From contig JACRJM010000002.1 in assembly GCA_016219965.1 (NCBI GenBank), forward strand, positions 48,233 through 112,232: a DNA stretch of 64,000 bases. Reading direction: 5' to 3'. The position numbers were made by a program, and so were the translations under genes. The DNA comes from Candidatus Schekmanbacteria bacterium (GTDB lineage Bacteria; Schekmanbacteria; GWA2-38-11; J061). Position 1 is the stretch's first letter. Each line of letters opens with the position of its first letter. The notes under the pieces were generated by a model. The model was not told where the DNA came from and did no database searches. It worked only from the letters and a program-made list of their open reading frames with translations. Positions 25,396-34,847 of the stretch are shown piece by piece.

Positions 25396-26261
25396 AAGAT
25401 GGGGAACTTGGCAGAGTTTATAAGAATGATGAAATAATCTTCAGGGAGGGAGATCCGGGAGATGTGATGTTTATTGTCCAAACTGGGAAGGTGAGGATTT
25501 CTAAGCAGACTCAGTCGGGGGATATTGACCTTGTGACACTCGGAAATGGAGAGATTTTCGGAGAGATGGCGCTTTTCGACCATCTTCCCCGTTCTGCAAC
25601 AGCCAGGGTGGTTGGAGAAGCACGGATTATCAGCGTAGATAAGAAAAGTTTTTTTGCCCGCGCTGGTAAAGACCCTACTCTGGTTTTTAAGATACTTCAA
25701 TCCATGAGCGAGAGAATGAGGAAGATGAATGAGGAATTATCAAAATTAAAAAAAGTTGAAAGGAATTTTCTTAATTCTTTTATAGATTCCGGAGAGATAT
25801 GCCGGATTGTTTTAGAGGAGGCAAGGAATAACATTAAATCGGATAATGCTTCAATAATGCTTCTCGATGAGAATGAAAAGACTCTTTCCATAATATCAGC
25901 GTTTGGTATTGAAGTTAACCCAAAAGTGAAACTCTCTGCTGGCAAAGGAATAGCAGGAAGTGTGCTGAACAGCGGCAAGGCAGAACTGGTAAATAATGTT
26001 TCCATAGATAACAGATTCGTTGCCGGTGGCACCAATATCAAGTCAATGCTTTGTGCTCCTCTTAAATTGAAGGGGCGCGTATTCGGAGTTATAAATTTAA
26101 GCAGCAGTACAGAACAGCTTTTCACACTCGATGACCTGAAGCGTCTCCATCTTTTATCTATCTATGCATCCATTGCAATTCAAAATGCCATCGAATGTTC
26201 TTCTGTAAAAAATGCGGTAGGAGATATCATAGAAAATGCAACCCTCATGGATGAGTGGTGA
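25392..26261 (+). CDS. Cyclic-nucleotide-binding domain plus GAF domain protein
   Basis: The ATG at 25392 overlaps the upstream stop (ATGA), with GGAGGAG upstream. cNMP motifs are GDPGDVMFIVQTGKVRI, GEIFGEMALF and PRSATA. The C-terminal GAF-like segment includes GIAGSVLNSGKAELVNNV. Confidence 0.75.
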   Translation: MKDGELGRVYKNDEIIFREGDPGDVMFIVQTGKVRISKQTQSGDIDLVTLGNGEIFGEMALFDHLPRSATARVVGEARIISVDKKSFFARAGKDPTLVFKILQSMSERMRKMNEELSKLKKVERNFLNSFIDSGEICRIVLEEARNNIKSDNASIMLLDENEKTLSIISAFGIEVNPKVKLSAGKGIAGSVLNSGKAELVNNVSIDNRFVAGGTNIKSMLCAPLKLKGRVFGVINLSSSTEQLFTLDDLKRLHLLSIYASIAIQNAIECSSVKNAVGDIIENATLMDEW

Positions 26262-26397
26262 GCTGTTCAAACATTTATCATACCCGCTGTTTGAAAGAGA
26301 ACAAATTGATCATCTTTTAAAAACACACCTCAGCCTATCAAGGCGTATCATTCTGATTATCAAGCCTTTTCAACATTAAAGCTGTTTTTTAAAATTC

Positions 26398-26413
26398 TGG
26401 CACATTGTTTGCA
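26398..26413 (+). promoter_or_regulatory. Sigma-54 (-24/-12) promoter upstream of amtB
   Basis: The sequence TGGCAC-attgt-TTGCA is an exact match to the TGGCAC-N5-TTGCW consensus. It lies 36 nt upstream of the amtB ATG. Confidence 0.75.
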
Positions 26414-26448
26414 CTGCTTATTGGTGTAAACAATTTGGAGGATAAAAT

Positions 26449-27657
26449 ATGTTAAACTCCTGCGATACAGCTTTTGTGTTAATTTGTTCGGCTCTGGTTT
26501 TTATAATGACGCCGGGACTTGCCTTTTTTTACGGGGGGCTGGTGCGCAATAAGAATGTGCTTTCTTTAATGATGCAGAATTTTATCGCCATGGGGATGGT
26601 GACGGTCATATGGGCTGTCATAGGATTCTCTCTTATCTTCGGGCATGATGTTGACGGCATAATTGGCGGGCTCGATTATCTGCTGATGAATAACATAGGA
26701 ATCAATTCGATTTATCCCGGAACAGGAATCCCTGTCTGGACATTCTTTATATTCCAGCTGATGTTTGCGGTTATCACACCCGGTCTTATAACCGGCGCAT
26801 TCGTTGACCGCTTCAAGTTCTCAAGCTACCTTATTTTTATGAGCCTCTGGAGCGTGCTTGTCTATTCAGTCATTGCGCATTGGATCTGGGGGGGAGGAAT
26901 TCTTGCAAAGTTAGGTGCAATAGATTTTGCGGGTGGTACGGCAGTGCATATAAGCGCCGGCATGGCGGCACTCGCAACTGCAATGTTCATCGGCAAAAGA
27001 CGTCTTGGCGAAGCCCAGCCTCACAATATCACCTACGTCGCCCTTGGAGCAGGACTCTTGTGGTTTGGATGGTTTGGATTTAACGGCGGAAGCGCATTGT
27101 CCGCAAACTTCATCGCAAGCATCGCCTTTGTGAATACAACGCTTGCCGCCTCTGTGGCCATGCTTGTCTGGCTCTTTATCTCATGGACTCAAAAAGGAAA
27201 ACCAAGCCTTATCGGTGCCTTAACTGGCGCTATTGCAGGGCTTGTGGCTATAACACCTGCCGCCGGATACGTTACTCCTAAAGCGGCCATGATAATAGGA
27301 ATTGTTGCAGGAGTGGTCTGCTATTTTGCAATGGTGTTCAAGATTAAAAGGGAGTGGGATGATGCGCTCGATGTATGGGCATGTCACGGGGTAGGAGGAA
27401 TTGTGGGCTCCATTCTTACCGGCGTCTTTGCATCGCCTGAAGTCAACTCATATACAGGACTGGTCTTTGGAGGCTACGAGCTTTTCAAGGCGAATCTCAT
27501 TGCCACTGTTGTTGCCGCCGGATACAGCTTCGGAGTCACCTATCTTATCCTGTTTGTTCTTTCAAAATTCATGGATATAAGGGTTGAAAAGGAAGTAGAA
27601 GAACAGGGACTTGATTTTCATCTCCACGGTGAGCAGGCATATAATCTGGATTGGTAG
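26449..27657 (+). CDS. amtB: Ammonium transporter (Amt family)
   Basis: 402-aa polytopic ORF with the signatures DFAGGTAVHISAG, LWFGWFGFNGGS and VHGVGGIVG. Confidence 0.95.
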   Translation: MLNSCDTAFVLICSALVFIMTPGLAFFYGGLVRNKNVLSLMMQNFIAMGMVTVIWAVIGFSLIFGHDVDGIIGGLDYLLMNNIGINSIYPGTGIPVWTFFIFQLMFAVITPGLITGAFVDRFKFSSYLIFMSLWSVLVYSVIAHWIWGGGILAKLGAIDFAGGTAVHISAGMAALATAMFIGKRRLGEAQPHNITYVALGAGLLWFGWFGFNGGSALSANFIASIAFVNTTLAASVAMLVWLFISWTQKGKPSLIGALTGAIAGLVAITPAAGYVTPKAAMIIGIVAGVVCYFAMVFKIKREWDDALDVWACHGVGGIVGSILTGVFASPEVNSYTGLVFGGYELFKANLIATVVAAGYSFGVTYLILFVLSKFMDIRVEKEVEEQGLDFHLHGEQAYNLDW

Positions 27658-27660
27658 TTT

Positions 27661-28086
27661 CTAATCATCTGAAAATTTCGTTACACGCCGCGCGCGCTTC
27701 AATTCGCCGCGGCGTTTTTTTTCTTCAAGCCTTTTCTCTTTTAATATCCGTGGCGGTCTGGTTTTTCTCCTGATTACAGGCTTTACTGCGGCTTTGCGGA
27801 TAAGTTCAATGAGACGGGCTAAAGCGTCTTCACGGTTTTTTTCCTGAGTCCTGTATCGGCGGGCATCGATTACAAGAATGCCTTCAGATGTGATTCTCTT
27901 GCCGCACAGTTTAACAAGGCGTTCACGCACATCGCCGGGGAGCGAAGGAGAGCCTGCGGCATCAAAACGGAGTTTCACGGCTGTCGAGACTTTGTTGACA
28001 TTCTGTCCGCCTGCCCCTGATGCGCGGACAAACTCCATCTCTATCTCTGCTTCGCTTATTGCTATTTCATCAGTTATCTTTATCAT
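27661..28086 (-). CDS. arfB: Alternative ribosome-rescue factor ArfB (class I peptidyl-tRNA hydrolase domain)
   Basis: 141-aa ORF. The GGQ motif is present (SGAGGQNVNKVSTAV), followed by a basic C-terminal tail. Confidence 0.9.
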   Translation of the reverse strand: MIKITDEIAISEAEIEMEFVRASGAGGQNVNKVSTAVKLRFDAAGSPSLPGDVRERLVKLCGKRITSEGILVIDARRYRTQEKNREDALARLIELIRKAAVKPVIRRKTRPPRILKEKRLEEKKRRGELKRARRVTKFSDD

Positions 28087-28159
28087 TATTTTTTTGGTTC
28101 TAATGTTTGGTCTGGCAGTTCCCTACCTCTTCCTTTTTGTTGTGTTGAGAGCGTTAGTA

Positions 28160-28224
28160 ATTGGTTTGGCAGTTCCGCGGCAGGCGCCTGAATTTTGAAG
28201 CCTAAGCGGGACTGCCAAACCAAT
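28160..28224. repeat. Long inverted repeat (19-bp arms, one mismatch) with a third partial copy at about 28105-28123
   Basis: The arms are ATTGGTTTGGCAGTTCCGC (28160-28178) and GCGGGACTGCCAAACCAAT (28206-28224). GTTTGGTCTGGCAGTTCCC lies upstream. The repeat sits just 3' of the minus-strand gene that ends at 28242. Confidence 0.5.
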
Positions 28225-28241
28225 TTGTAGCTTAATAATTA

Positions 28242-29690
28242 TTATTGTCTCACCCTTACCCTGTATATCAGTTTTGCCTCACCATCATTCGGGACATTGA
28301 TGTTAAACTCAGCAGTTGAAGCATCAGGTTTCTTGTACTCATGGGAAGACAGGATTATTGTCCAGTCCCCCGGAATTGGCTCGGTTACTTTGACTGTAAT
28401 GTCCTCTTTCTTGTGATTTCTTAATGTTATCTCATAAGCTGACTCATATGTATCATTTGCGAGCTTCCTCCAGTCTGTCTGTTTTCTTTCACCTACGACA
28501 TCAAAAGCCTCGCCGATCTTTATGGTTATCTTTTCATTTTCAGGGGTGTGATTTATGGAATCCTCGCCAATAAATTGCAGGCTTCCTTCAGTATCGCCTT
28601 TGTATGTCCTTATTATTCCTTTTGGCAATGGGATGCCGAGATTGTTTTCTTTCCTGTTTGCTATTTCAATGAATACTTTTACTTTCTGCTCCCCTCCAAA
28701 TCCGGGGTCACTGTCAAAGTAATTATAGTTGTTGGAAGAGAAACGGAATTCCTTTTTAACTTTTATTCCTTCGGCGGTAATAAGGTTTATCTGTTTTGTC
28801 TGATTGTCTTTTACTGTTGCAGGTCTCTGGAGTGTATAAATGTGATATTCGAAAAAACCCTCTTCTTTAAACTGCGGAGCAGCCTCTGCAATATCGGCTG
28901 CCATAAATACAGCGCCTTTCCTTCTTACTTTTCTTTCAACCTTGTTCACATCCCCTGCGACAAGCTTTAATTTCGCATTTTTATATGTCGTGCCGCTTTT
29001 GTTATCAATTGTAACCCAGCCGGAAAGGTCTGCTGCATCATCTTTCTCATTCAATATGAGCACATAGTCAGACTGCCAGTTAATCCCTTCCGTTAAATAT
29101 GAGACTTCGACCTTTTGCTCATCTCTAAGGTTATTCTCTGCAAGCCAGACAAGTGTGGGCTTTGAGATTAGATTCTCCGGCACACTTGGGAAGATTATTC
29201 TTCCCGGATGATTGAAGGTAATCTCATTGCCAATCTGAAATACGGGTTTCTCATTATTTGCAAGCAGGGTCGCAGTTACAACTTCTTCCCTCTCTGTGTA
29301 AGGGTTCTTCTGATAGAGTTTGATCTCCTTGCCCACAAATTTGTCCAGAAGCTTTCCGGGACTTAGTAGGTCATACTCATAGTTTTGTTCCAGAATATTG
29401 AGGCTATCAGGTTTAACGATGGATTTAATACTGACGCTTGCCGGTATTATATCTGCTGCCACGTCCATGAACCTTATCTCCCCGATACCTTTCGGGATGC
29501 TCATACTCCTCTGGTCTTTAACAAGTCCCAGATTGTTGTTGTAAACAGTTAAGGCGATTCCTGTCTGAGTCTCATCTTCGCAGGTTATAAGCCAGTTTTT
29601 ACCATCTTCTTTTTCGGCTGCTGCTATACTGGATAGCTGAAACAGGAAAATCATGAATAGAGCGAAATAAAGATATTTTCCTTTTTTCAT
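28242..29690 (-). CDS. Secreted DUF4139-like protein
   Basis: 482-aa ORF with a signal peptide. The N-terminus (TVYNNNLGLVKDQR) and the overall beta-rich composition recall the DUF4139 / CHP02231 family. This assignment is from memory only. Confidence 0.4.
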   Translation of the reverse strand: MKKGKYLYFALFMIFLFQLSSIAAAEKEDGKNWLITCEDETQTGIALTVYNNNLGLVKDQRSMSIPKGIGEIRFMDVAADIIPASVSIKSIVKPDSLNILEQNYEYDLLSPGKLLDKFVGKEIKLYQKNPYTEREEVVTATLLANNEKPVFQIGNEITFNHPGRIIFPSVPENLISKPTLVWLAENNLRDEQKVEVSYLTEGINWQSDYVLILNEKDDAADLSGWVTIDNKSGTTYKNAKLKLVAGDVNKVERKVRRKGAVFMAADIAEAAPQFKEEGFFEYHIYTLQRPATVKDNQTKQINLITAEGIKVKKEFRFSSNNYNYFDSDPGFGGEQKVKVFIEIANRKENNLGIPLPKGIIRTYKGDTEGSLQFIGEDSINHTPENEKITIKIGEAFDVVGERKQTDWRKLANDTYESAYEITLRNHKKEDITVKVTEPIPGDWTIILSSHEYKKPDASTAEFNINVPNDGEAKLIYRVRVRQ

Positions 29691-29802
29691 TTAATGCCTC
29701 CTTTAATTTGAATAGAATAAATAAAAAAATTGCTTATTAATAAAATAAGCTTAGCACAGCTTTTGGGAAGTGAAATTTAAAAATTACTAAGGGATTTTTT
29801 TT

Positions 29803-30903
29803 ATGCTTGAAATAAGCATCTGCAATTCACTTGAAAGACTTATTCAGTTAGAGCGCGAATGGAATTCTCTGGAGACAGAGCAGAAGGGTTTCAATGTATT
29901 CATGTCATTCCCCTGGATTGCAGGATGGTTTAGGCATATCGGGAATGATGCAGTTCCTTTAATTATTACAGCCAGATGCGATGGAAAGCTTGCAGGCCTT
30001 ATCCCCCTTGCAGTAAAAACTGGAATGGTCATCCCTGCCGGTTATCCAGAGTCTGACTTTATTGATGTCCTTTGCGAAGATGAAGTCCGGGAGGAATTCC
30101 TGAGCGAGATATTTAAATTTCTATTTGCGAACTTTTCAACATCAAAACTGGTCTATATAAAATCTGTGCCGGAAGAATCAGGATTATACAAATGCTTTAG
30201 CAGGTTTCCTGCACCTTCAGGATTTGGCAGTTCTCTCACATATCTTTCATCATGCAATACGTCGGACATAAGTTCAGGATGGGAGGATTATTTTAAGAGC
30301 TTTTCCACAAAGGTATGTGCTGATTTTCGCAGGCGCTGGAAAATCGCATCAGGTTACGGAGAGGTAGGATTTCATGTTATTGCCGGAGACGAGATAACGG
30401 AAGAGGTAATCAATGATGCAGTATCAATCAATCTGGCAGGGAGAAAGGCTTTAAAAAAGACCGCATTTTTTCAGGATAACCGCCGCATTGAATTTTTCAA
30501 AGACCTTGTAAAGAGCAGTGTGATTAAGAAACAAATGCTCGTTGCATTCCTTAAAATTGGAGACAAGCCCGCTGCCTACAAGATATGTTTCATTAACGGC
30601 GATGAAGTCTGGGAATACAATACTGCATTCAGAGAAGAATACGCGAGCTGCTCTCCCGGAAAACTCCTTACTCTGCGGCTTTTGGAATATTTGGCTCAAA
30701 AAGGCTTTAAATCATACAATTTTTTAAAAGGGGATGAGCCTTACAAAAAAGATTTCGCAGTTCCAGGCAGAAGGTTGTTCATCATCTCTCTCTACAGGAA
30801 AAATCTTATCTCCATGCTTTCCTATTTCTATATGGTAAGGGGGAGAGAGATATTGAGAAGGTCGAAATTTATCACAGACATCTATGACAGGTTTTTTTCA
30901 TAG
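29803..30903 (+). CDS. GNAT-fold acetyltransferase, CelD/BcsL-like (FemAB-type)
   Basis: 366-aa ORF. The C-terminal segment SPGKLL...YNFLKGDEPYKKDF is typical of the family. It lies in an EPS context. Confidence 0.6.
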   Translation: MLEISICNSLERLIQLEREWNSLETEQKGFNVFMSFPWIAGWFRHIGNDAVPLIITARCDGKLAGLIPLAVKTGMVIPAGYPESDFIDVLCEDEVREEFLSEIFKFLFANFSTSKLVYIKSVPEESGLYKCFSRFPAPSGFGSSLTYLSSCNTSDISSGWEDYFKSFSTKVCADFRRRWKIASGYGEVGFHVIAGDEITEEVINDAVSINLAGRKALKKTAFFQDNRRIEFFKDLVKSSVIKKQMLVAFLKIGDKPAAYKICFINGDEVWEYNTAFREEYASCSPGKLLTLRLLEYLAQKGFKSYNFLKGDEPYKKDFAVPGRRLFIISLYRKNLISMLSYFYMVRGREILRRSKFITDIYDRFFS

Positions 30904-30932
30904 AAGAAGATTATATAGGAACTGAGAAGAGC

Positions 30933-32201
30933 ATGGCTTTTGAACGGAAAAAAATAATAAAGGAAAGCGGTCTCATACTTTCTGCAAACGGGGTAAAACT
31001 TTTCTCAGGTTTTATCACCTTCATGATTTTTTCCCGTACTCTTGGGAGCGAGGCGCTCGGGATTTTTGCGGTCACTGTCTCCTTTGCAGAAATAGTAAAT
31101 GAACTATTCGAGTTTGGCTTTGATACTGCCTCGGTTTCAGTGGGGGCAAAATATGATGCCCCTAATAATAAAATTGATAACAGTAATAAACTTTCATCAA
31201 TAGTCAGTACAAATCTTATACTCAAGCTGATCACAGGGGTGGCATTGTTTGCTTTAGGAGGAGTCCTTTCAAGACCTTTTGCAGAACTTATATTCCAGAA
31301 TCCTGAGATGAGCTCTTACCTCTTCATAGGTTTTTGCGCAATACCGGGACTGCTGATATTTGATGTGGCACTTTCTGTTTTCAGGATGGAACAGTCTTTC
31401 ACAGCATATGCGATTTTAAGGGGAGGTGGTGCAATTCTCACCCTTTCCGTTTCAGCAGTTCTTGCATTTTACGGAATACTCACCCTTAAGTCAGCTCTCA
31501 TAGTTTATCTTGTCGCCATTCCTGTTGTTACGGGATTTGCAGGGATAGCATATGGTTACAGAAGGTACAGGCTTTCAGCCCCGGATATAAAAACAACATC
31601 TGCCGAGCTTTTCAGGTTCGGAAGATGGATTTATCTTGCCAATATAACAGAGGCATTAAGGCTTAAGATGAATAATTTCCTTCTCGTAAAGTACTCGTCT
31701 CCAAAAAGTGCAGGGCTTTATTATACAGCGGACAGATTATCAGAGGCGCTGGTTCTTATTTCTTCAACTATATCTACACTGCTTTTGCCAAAGGCTTCAT
31801 CAATGACAGAAAAAGCGGAGCTTCGTTCTTTTACCATAAAAAGCGTAAAGGTGATTTCTCTTATCTCCATTCCTGTTCTCATTGTGATCCCTTTTTCAGG
31901 GGATATTATCTCTCTTCTTTTCGGGGAAGGCTTTAAGGGTGCGGCTGCGGCGTTTATCCTGATCTTTCTAAGCCTGCTGGTTGAGATTATATGCAAGCCT
32001 TTCCTTTTTGCCCTCTTTTCTCTTGGCGATTCAAAGGTCATCTTCAGACAGAATGTTATAATCCTTCCGGTCCTTCTTTTAGCGGCTTATTTTATGATAC
32101 CGGCATATGCTGAGAAAGGCGCAGCTCTCGCACTTTTAATTGCAAGATTTTTCGGAAATCTCTATCTCCTTCGCGAAGGGTATGTGAAGATTATTAAATA
32201 A
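30933..32201 (+). CDS. Oligosaccharide flippase (MOP/Wzx family)
   Basis: 422-aa polytopic ORF in the EPS locus, with Wzx-like N-terminal helices (SGLILSANGVKLFSGFITFMIFSR). Confidence 0.7.
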   Translation: MAFERKKIIKESGLILSANGVKLFSGFITFMIFSRTLGSEALGIFAVTVSFAEIVNELFEFGFDTASVSVGAKYDAPNNKIDNSNKLSSIVSTNLILKLITGVALFALGGVLSRPFAELIFQNPEMSSYLFIGFCAIPGLLIFDVALSVFRMEQSFTAYAILRGGGAILTLSVSAVLAFYGILTLKSALIVYLVAIPVVTGFAGIAYGYRRYRLSAPDIKTTSAELFRFGRWIYLANITEALRLKMNNFLLVKYSSPKSAGLYYTADRLSEALVLISSTISTLLLPKASSMTEKAELRSFTIKSVKVISLISIPVLIVIPFSGDIISLLFGEGFKGAAAAFILIFLSLLVEIICKPFLFALFSLGDSKVIFRQNVIILPVLLLAAYFMIPAYAEKGAALALLIARFFGNLYLLREGYVKIIK

Positions 32202-32294
32202 AAGATTATTAAATAAACGTTTGACCCTGATTTCAGAAAACCTATAATCAGACAAATATAAAAAAAGGTATTTAAAAATTAAGGAGGGGCTAAC

Positions 32295-32813
32295 ATGACT
32301 ATTAGCAAAGAAGATCTGGAAAAGAAAATAATAGATTTCCTTGATGGGGGCGGCTATCTTGCCCTTGGTACCTGCAAAGACAATATCCCGCGCGTGACTC
32401 CAGTGGCTTTCGAAGCAGATGGGATGACTATTTGGATAGTGGCAGATCCGGGCGGGAAGATGGAGAATATGAGGGCCAACCCAAATATTGCATGTGCAGT
32501 TTATTCAAGGATTGAAGATGATGTGGAGAATATAAGCCTTCAGATTCAGGCGAAAGCCAAGCTAATAACCTATGATTCTGACAAAGACCAGTTCATGAAA
32601 ATGGCGGAAAAAAGGGGTATGATTGGAAGGATTGAATCGCGGAAGAACAAGGAAACAGGCCTCATATATTCCCCCTTTCTCAAGAAAGAAGTTGCGATGG
32701 AAGATATCCTGAGAAGGATTACTTTTCTTAGAATCGATCCTGATGAAGTCACTTATCTGAGTCTTGGCGGGGCTCAGGGGGGATTTAAAGCTAAATGGAA
32801 AAGGAACGAATAA
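32295..32813 (+). CDS. Pyridoxamine 5'-phosphate oxidase-like family protein
   Basis: 172-aa ORF. The segment GGYLALGTCKDNIPRVTPVAFEADGMTIWI is typical of the split-barrel family. The RBS is AAGGAGG. Confidence 0.65.
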   Translation: MTISKEDLEKKIIDFLDGGGYLALGTCKDNIPRVTPVAFEADGMTIWIVADPGGKMENMRANPNIACAVYSRIEDDVENISLQIQAKAKLITYDSDKDQFMKMAEKRGMIGRIESRKNKETGLIYSPFLKKEVAMEDILRRITFLRIDPDEVTYLSLGGAQGGFKAKWKRNE

Positions 32814-32829
32814 AACCGGAGGATATCTG

Positions 32830-33567
32830 ATGAGAAAACAATCTCTCGGCGGATACGGAAAAGTTTGGAACGAGGAGGTTGACGGCTACGAACAGTTTCA
32901 GAGCATTGTTATCCCTAAAAAAGATGAGATGCTTGCTACCATTGTTGAAATGGTTCCATTCGAAAGCGAAAGTCACATTCGCATCCTTGAAATAGGCGGT
33001 GGGAAAGGGGCTCTCACGGAAAAGACACTTGCGGCATTCCCGAAATCATCTTATGTTTTCTCTGATGCTTCGGAAGGGATGGTGAAGGCATCGGTAGAGA
33101 AATTTTCTGGAAGAAGTTATGATATCCACTTTGAAGAGGCTGACTTTAATAAACCGGGGTGGAACAAACCATTAGGAAATAAAAAGTTCGATCTCATTTT
33201 ATCTTCCCTTTGTTTTCATTACATAGCTACTAAACGCAGGGCTCCATTTTTTAAAGAGCTTGGCACAATGCTCAAAAAGGTCGGAGTTCTTATGTATTCT
33301 ACTGCTGTTCAGTCACCGTACGAGATAATCCAGAAAAAAATAGAGCGCAATCATAGAGCATATCTGAAACATCGGTTCGCTGAAGTTATGGGCTTGGAAG
33401 TAACTGATGAAGACATGGACAAGATGTATAAAGAAAAACGAGGAAGGCTTGGCGTGAATTCCATGACTGTCAGTGAGCACCTTGGCTATCTGAAGAAATC
33501 CGGGTTTGCAAGATATGAGCTTATATGGCGCTACAGGCACTATGCAATATTCATGGCAGTGAAGTGA
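32830..33567 (+). CDS. Class I SAM-dependent methyltransferase
   Basis: The track ORF begins at 32764. The ATG at 32830 follows GGAGG. SAM motif I is ILEIGGGKGALT. Confidence 0.75.
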   Translation: MRKQSLGGYGKVWNEEVDGYEQFQSIVIPKKDEMLATIVEMVPFESESHIRILEIGGGKGALTEKTLAAFPKSSYVFSDASEGMVKASVEKFSGRSYDIHFEEADFNKPGWNKPLGNKKFDLILSSLCFHYIATKRRAPFFKELGTMLKKVGVLMYSTAVQSPYEIIQKKIERNHRAYLKHRFAEVMGLEVTDEDMDKMYKEKRGRLGVNSMTVSEHLGYLKKSGFARYELIWRYRHYAIFMAVK

Positions 33568-33582
33568 AATAACTCTGCTGAC

Positions 33583-34746
33583 TTAAGCAACCCAGTAGGC
33601 ATGCGTGAAGAGCAATGTGAAAAAGGTGAGCAGTACGATAGACAAGTAAACTGCTGTCTTGAACCATATTTCTTTTTTAAGCATCAGGGCAAATGAAATA
33701 AAGAGCGGGAAGATTGTGGATGTATATCTTCCCATGCTTTTCCATCCCATAAAGGATAACAATACCATCAATATTGCCCACGAAGCATAGGCTATGCCAA
33801 GTTTTTTCCACGAGATAATGCAAAAGATAAGGCAAAGAAAGAAAAGCAGGATGTAGAATAACCTAAGCACCGGATAAAATCGCTCTACAAGAGTGCTTGC
33901 TGAAAGAAAAACACTGATGCTTTCCCTCGCTGTTTCAAGGGGAGTCCCGGCATTCCAGCCATGGGCAGTCTGATTTGTGGCAAATAGAAGCGGATTCCCG
34001 AATGTAATTGAGAGGTAGAGCATATAACTTCCAACTCCCAGTCCGGCAAGTGCTATCCATAGTATATCAGGGCGTATTTTTTTTCTGTCCCATCCGGACT
34101 TATCGAGATAGAGGACTAAGAGACCGGCAATCGTTAAAAATCCTACGATACGGGTTGCACCCGCTCCGGCAGCCATGATTGAGGCGAAAATCCACTTTTT
34201 CTTTTCGCCAAAATAAAAGGCGGAAACCACAAGGAGAATGAATAGGGATTCAGTGTACATTGCCCTATAAAAAAGAGAAAAAGGATAAACCGAAATAAGT
34301 ATGATCGCCTGTTTTGCAACCTTGATATCGTAGTTCATTCTTATGATGCGGAATAGCAGGATGAGGGCAGCGAGGAATGAAATGTTGGATATAAGAACTC
34401 CACAGAAATATACATTGGGAATGATTTTATTAAGCGCTCTTATGAACAGAGGATATAATGGGAAAAAAGCGGTATCTTTTTGACCTTCAATATTCTTTGC
34501 TATATTCGTATAGCCGGACTCTGCGATTCCCAGGTACCACCCTGCATCCCATCTCACCCAGCCTTCAAGGAAAATGTTTTGTGGGAAAATGCACCAGTTA
34601 AGGCTTGCGGCCCTCATGGGAAATAAATAAAGCATGGTGCATGACAGAAGATTGAGCCATAGCCATGTTAGGGAAAAAACGATAACAGGGAAGTTATTGT
34701 CATTCCACCATTGCCGCAAATATGAAGTTTTTTCGCTATAGTTCAC
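33583..34746 (-). CDS. Polytopic membrane glycosyltransferase, PIG-V/GT-C-like mannosyltransferase
   Basis: 387-aa ORF with many TM helices. The motif WVRWDAGWYLGIAESGY is characteristic of PIG-V-type enzymes. Confidence 0.6.
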   Translation of the reverse strand: MNYSEKTSYLRQWWNDNNFPVIVFSLTWLWLNLLSCTMLYLFPMRAASLNWCIFPQNIFLEGWVRWDAGWYLGIAESGYTNIAKNIEGQKDTAFFPLYPLFIRALNKIIPNVYFCGVLISNISFLAALILLFRIIRMNYDIKVAKQAIILISVYPFSLFYRAMYTESLFILLVVSAFYFGEKKKWIFASIMAAGAGATRIVGFLTIAGLLVLYLDKSGWDRKKIRPDILWIALAGLGVGSYMLYLSITFGNPLLFATNQTAHGWNAGTPLETARESISVFLSASTLVERFYPVLRLFYILLFFLCLIFCIISWKKLGIAYASWAILMVLLSFMGWKSMGRYTSTIFPLFISFALMLKKEIWFKTAVYLSIVLLTFFTLLFTHAYWVA

Positions 34747-34847
34747 AATTCACCTAATTTTCTTGACATTATACTACAACCCCAATACATATAAAACCTT
34801 CATCTTAAACCCTTTGTTACATATTTTCCCATTTAAGGAGGTTTTGA

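Noticed and set aside
25329-26125. Minus-strand ORFs 25329-25700 and 25697-26125.
   Set aside because: They are antisense to the cNMP/GAF gene, which has clear motifs.
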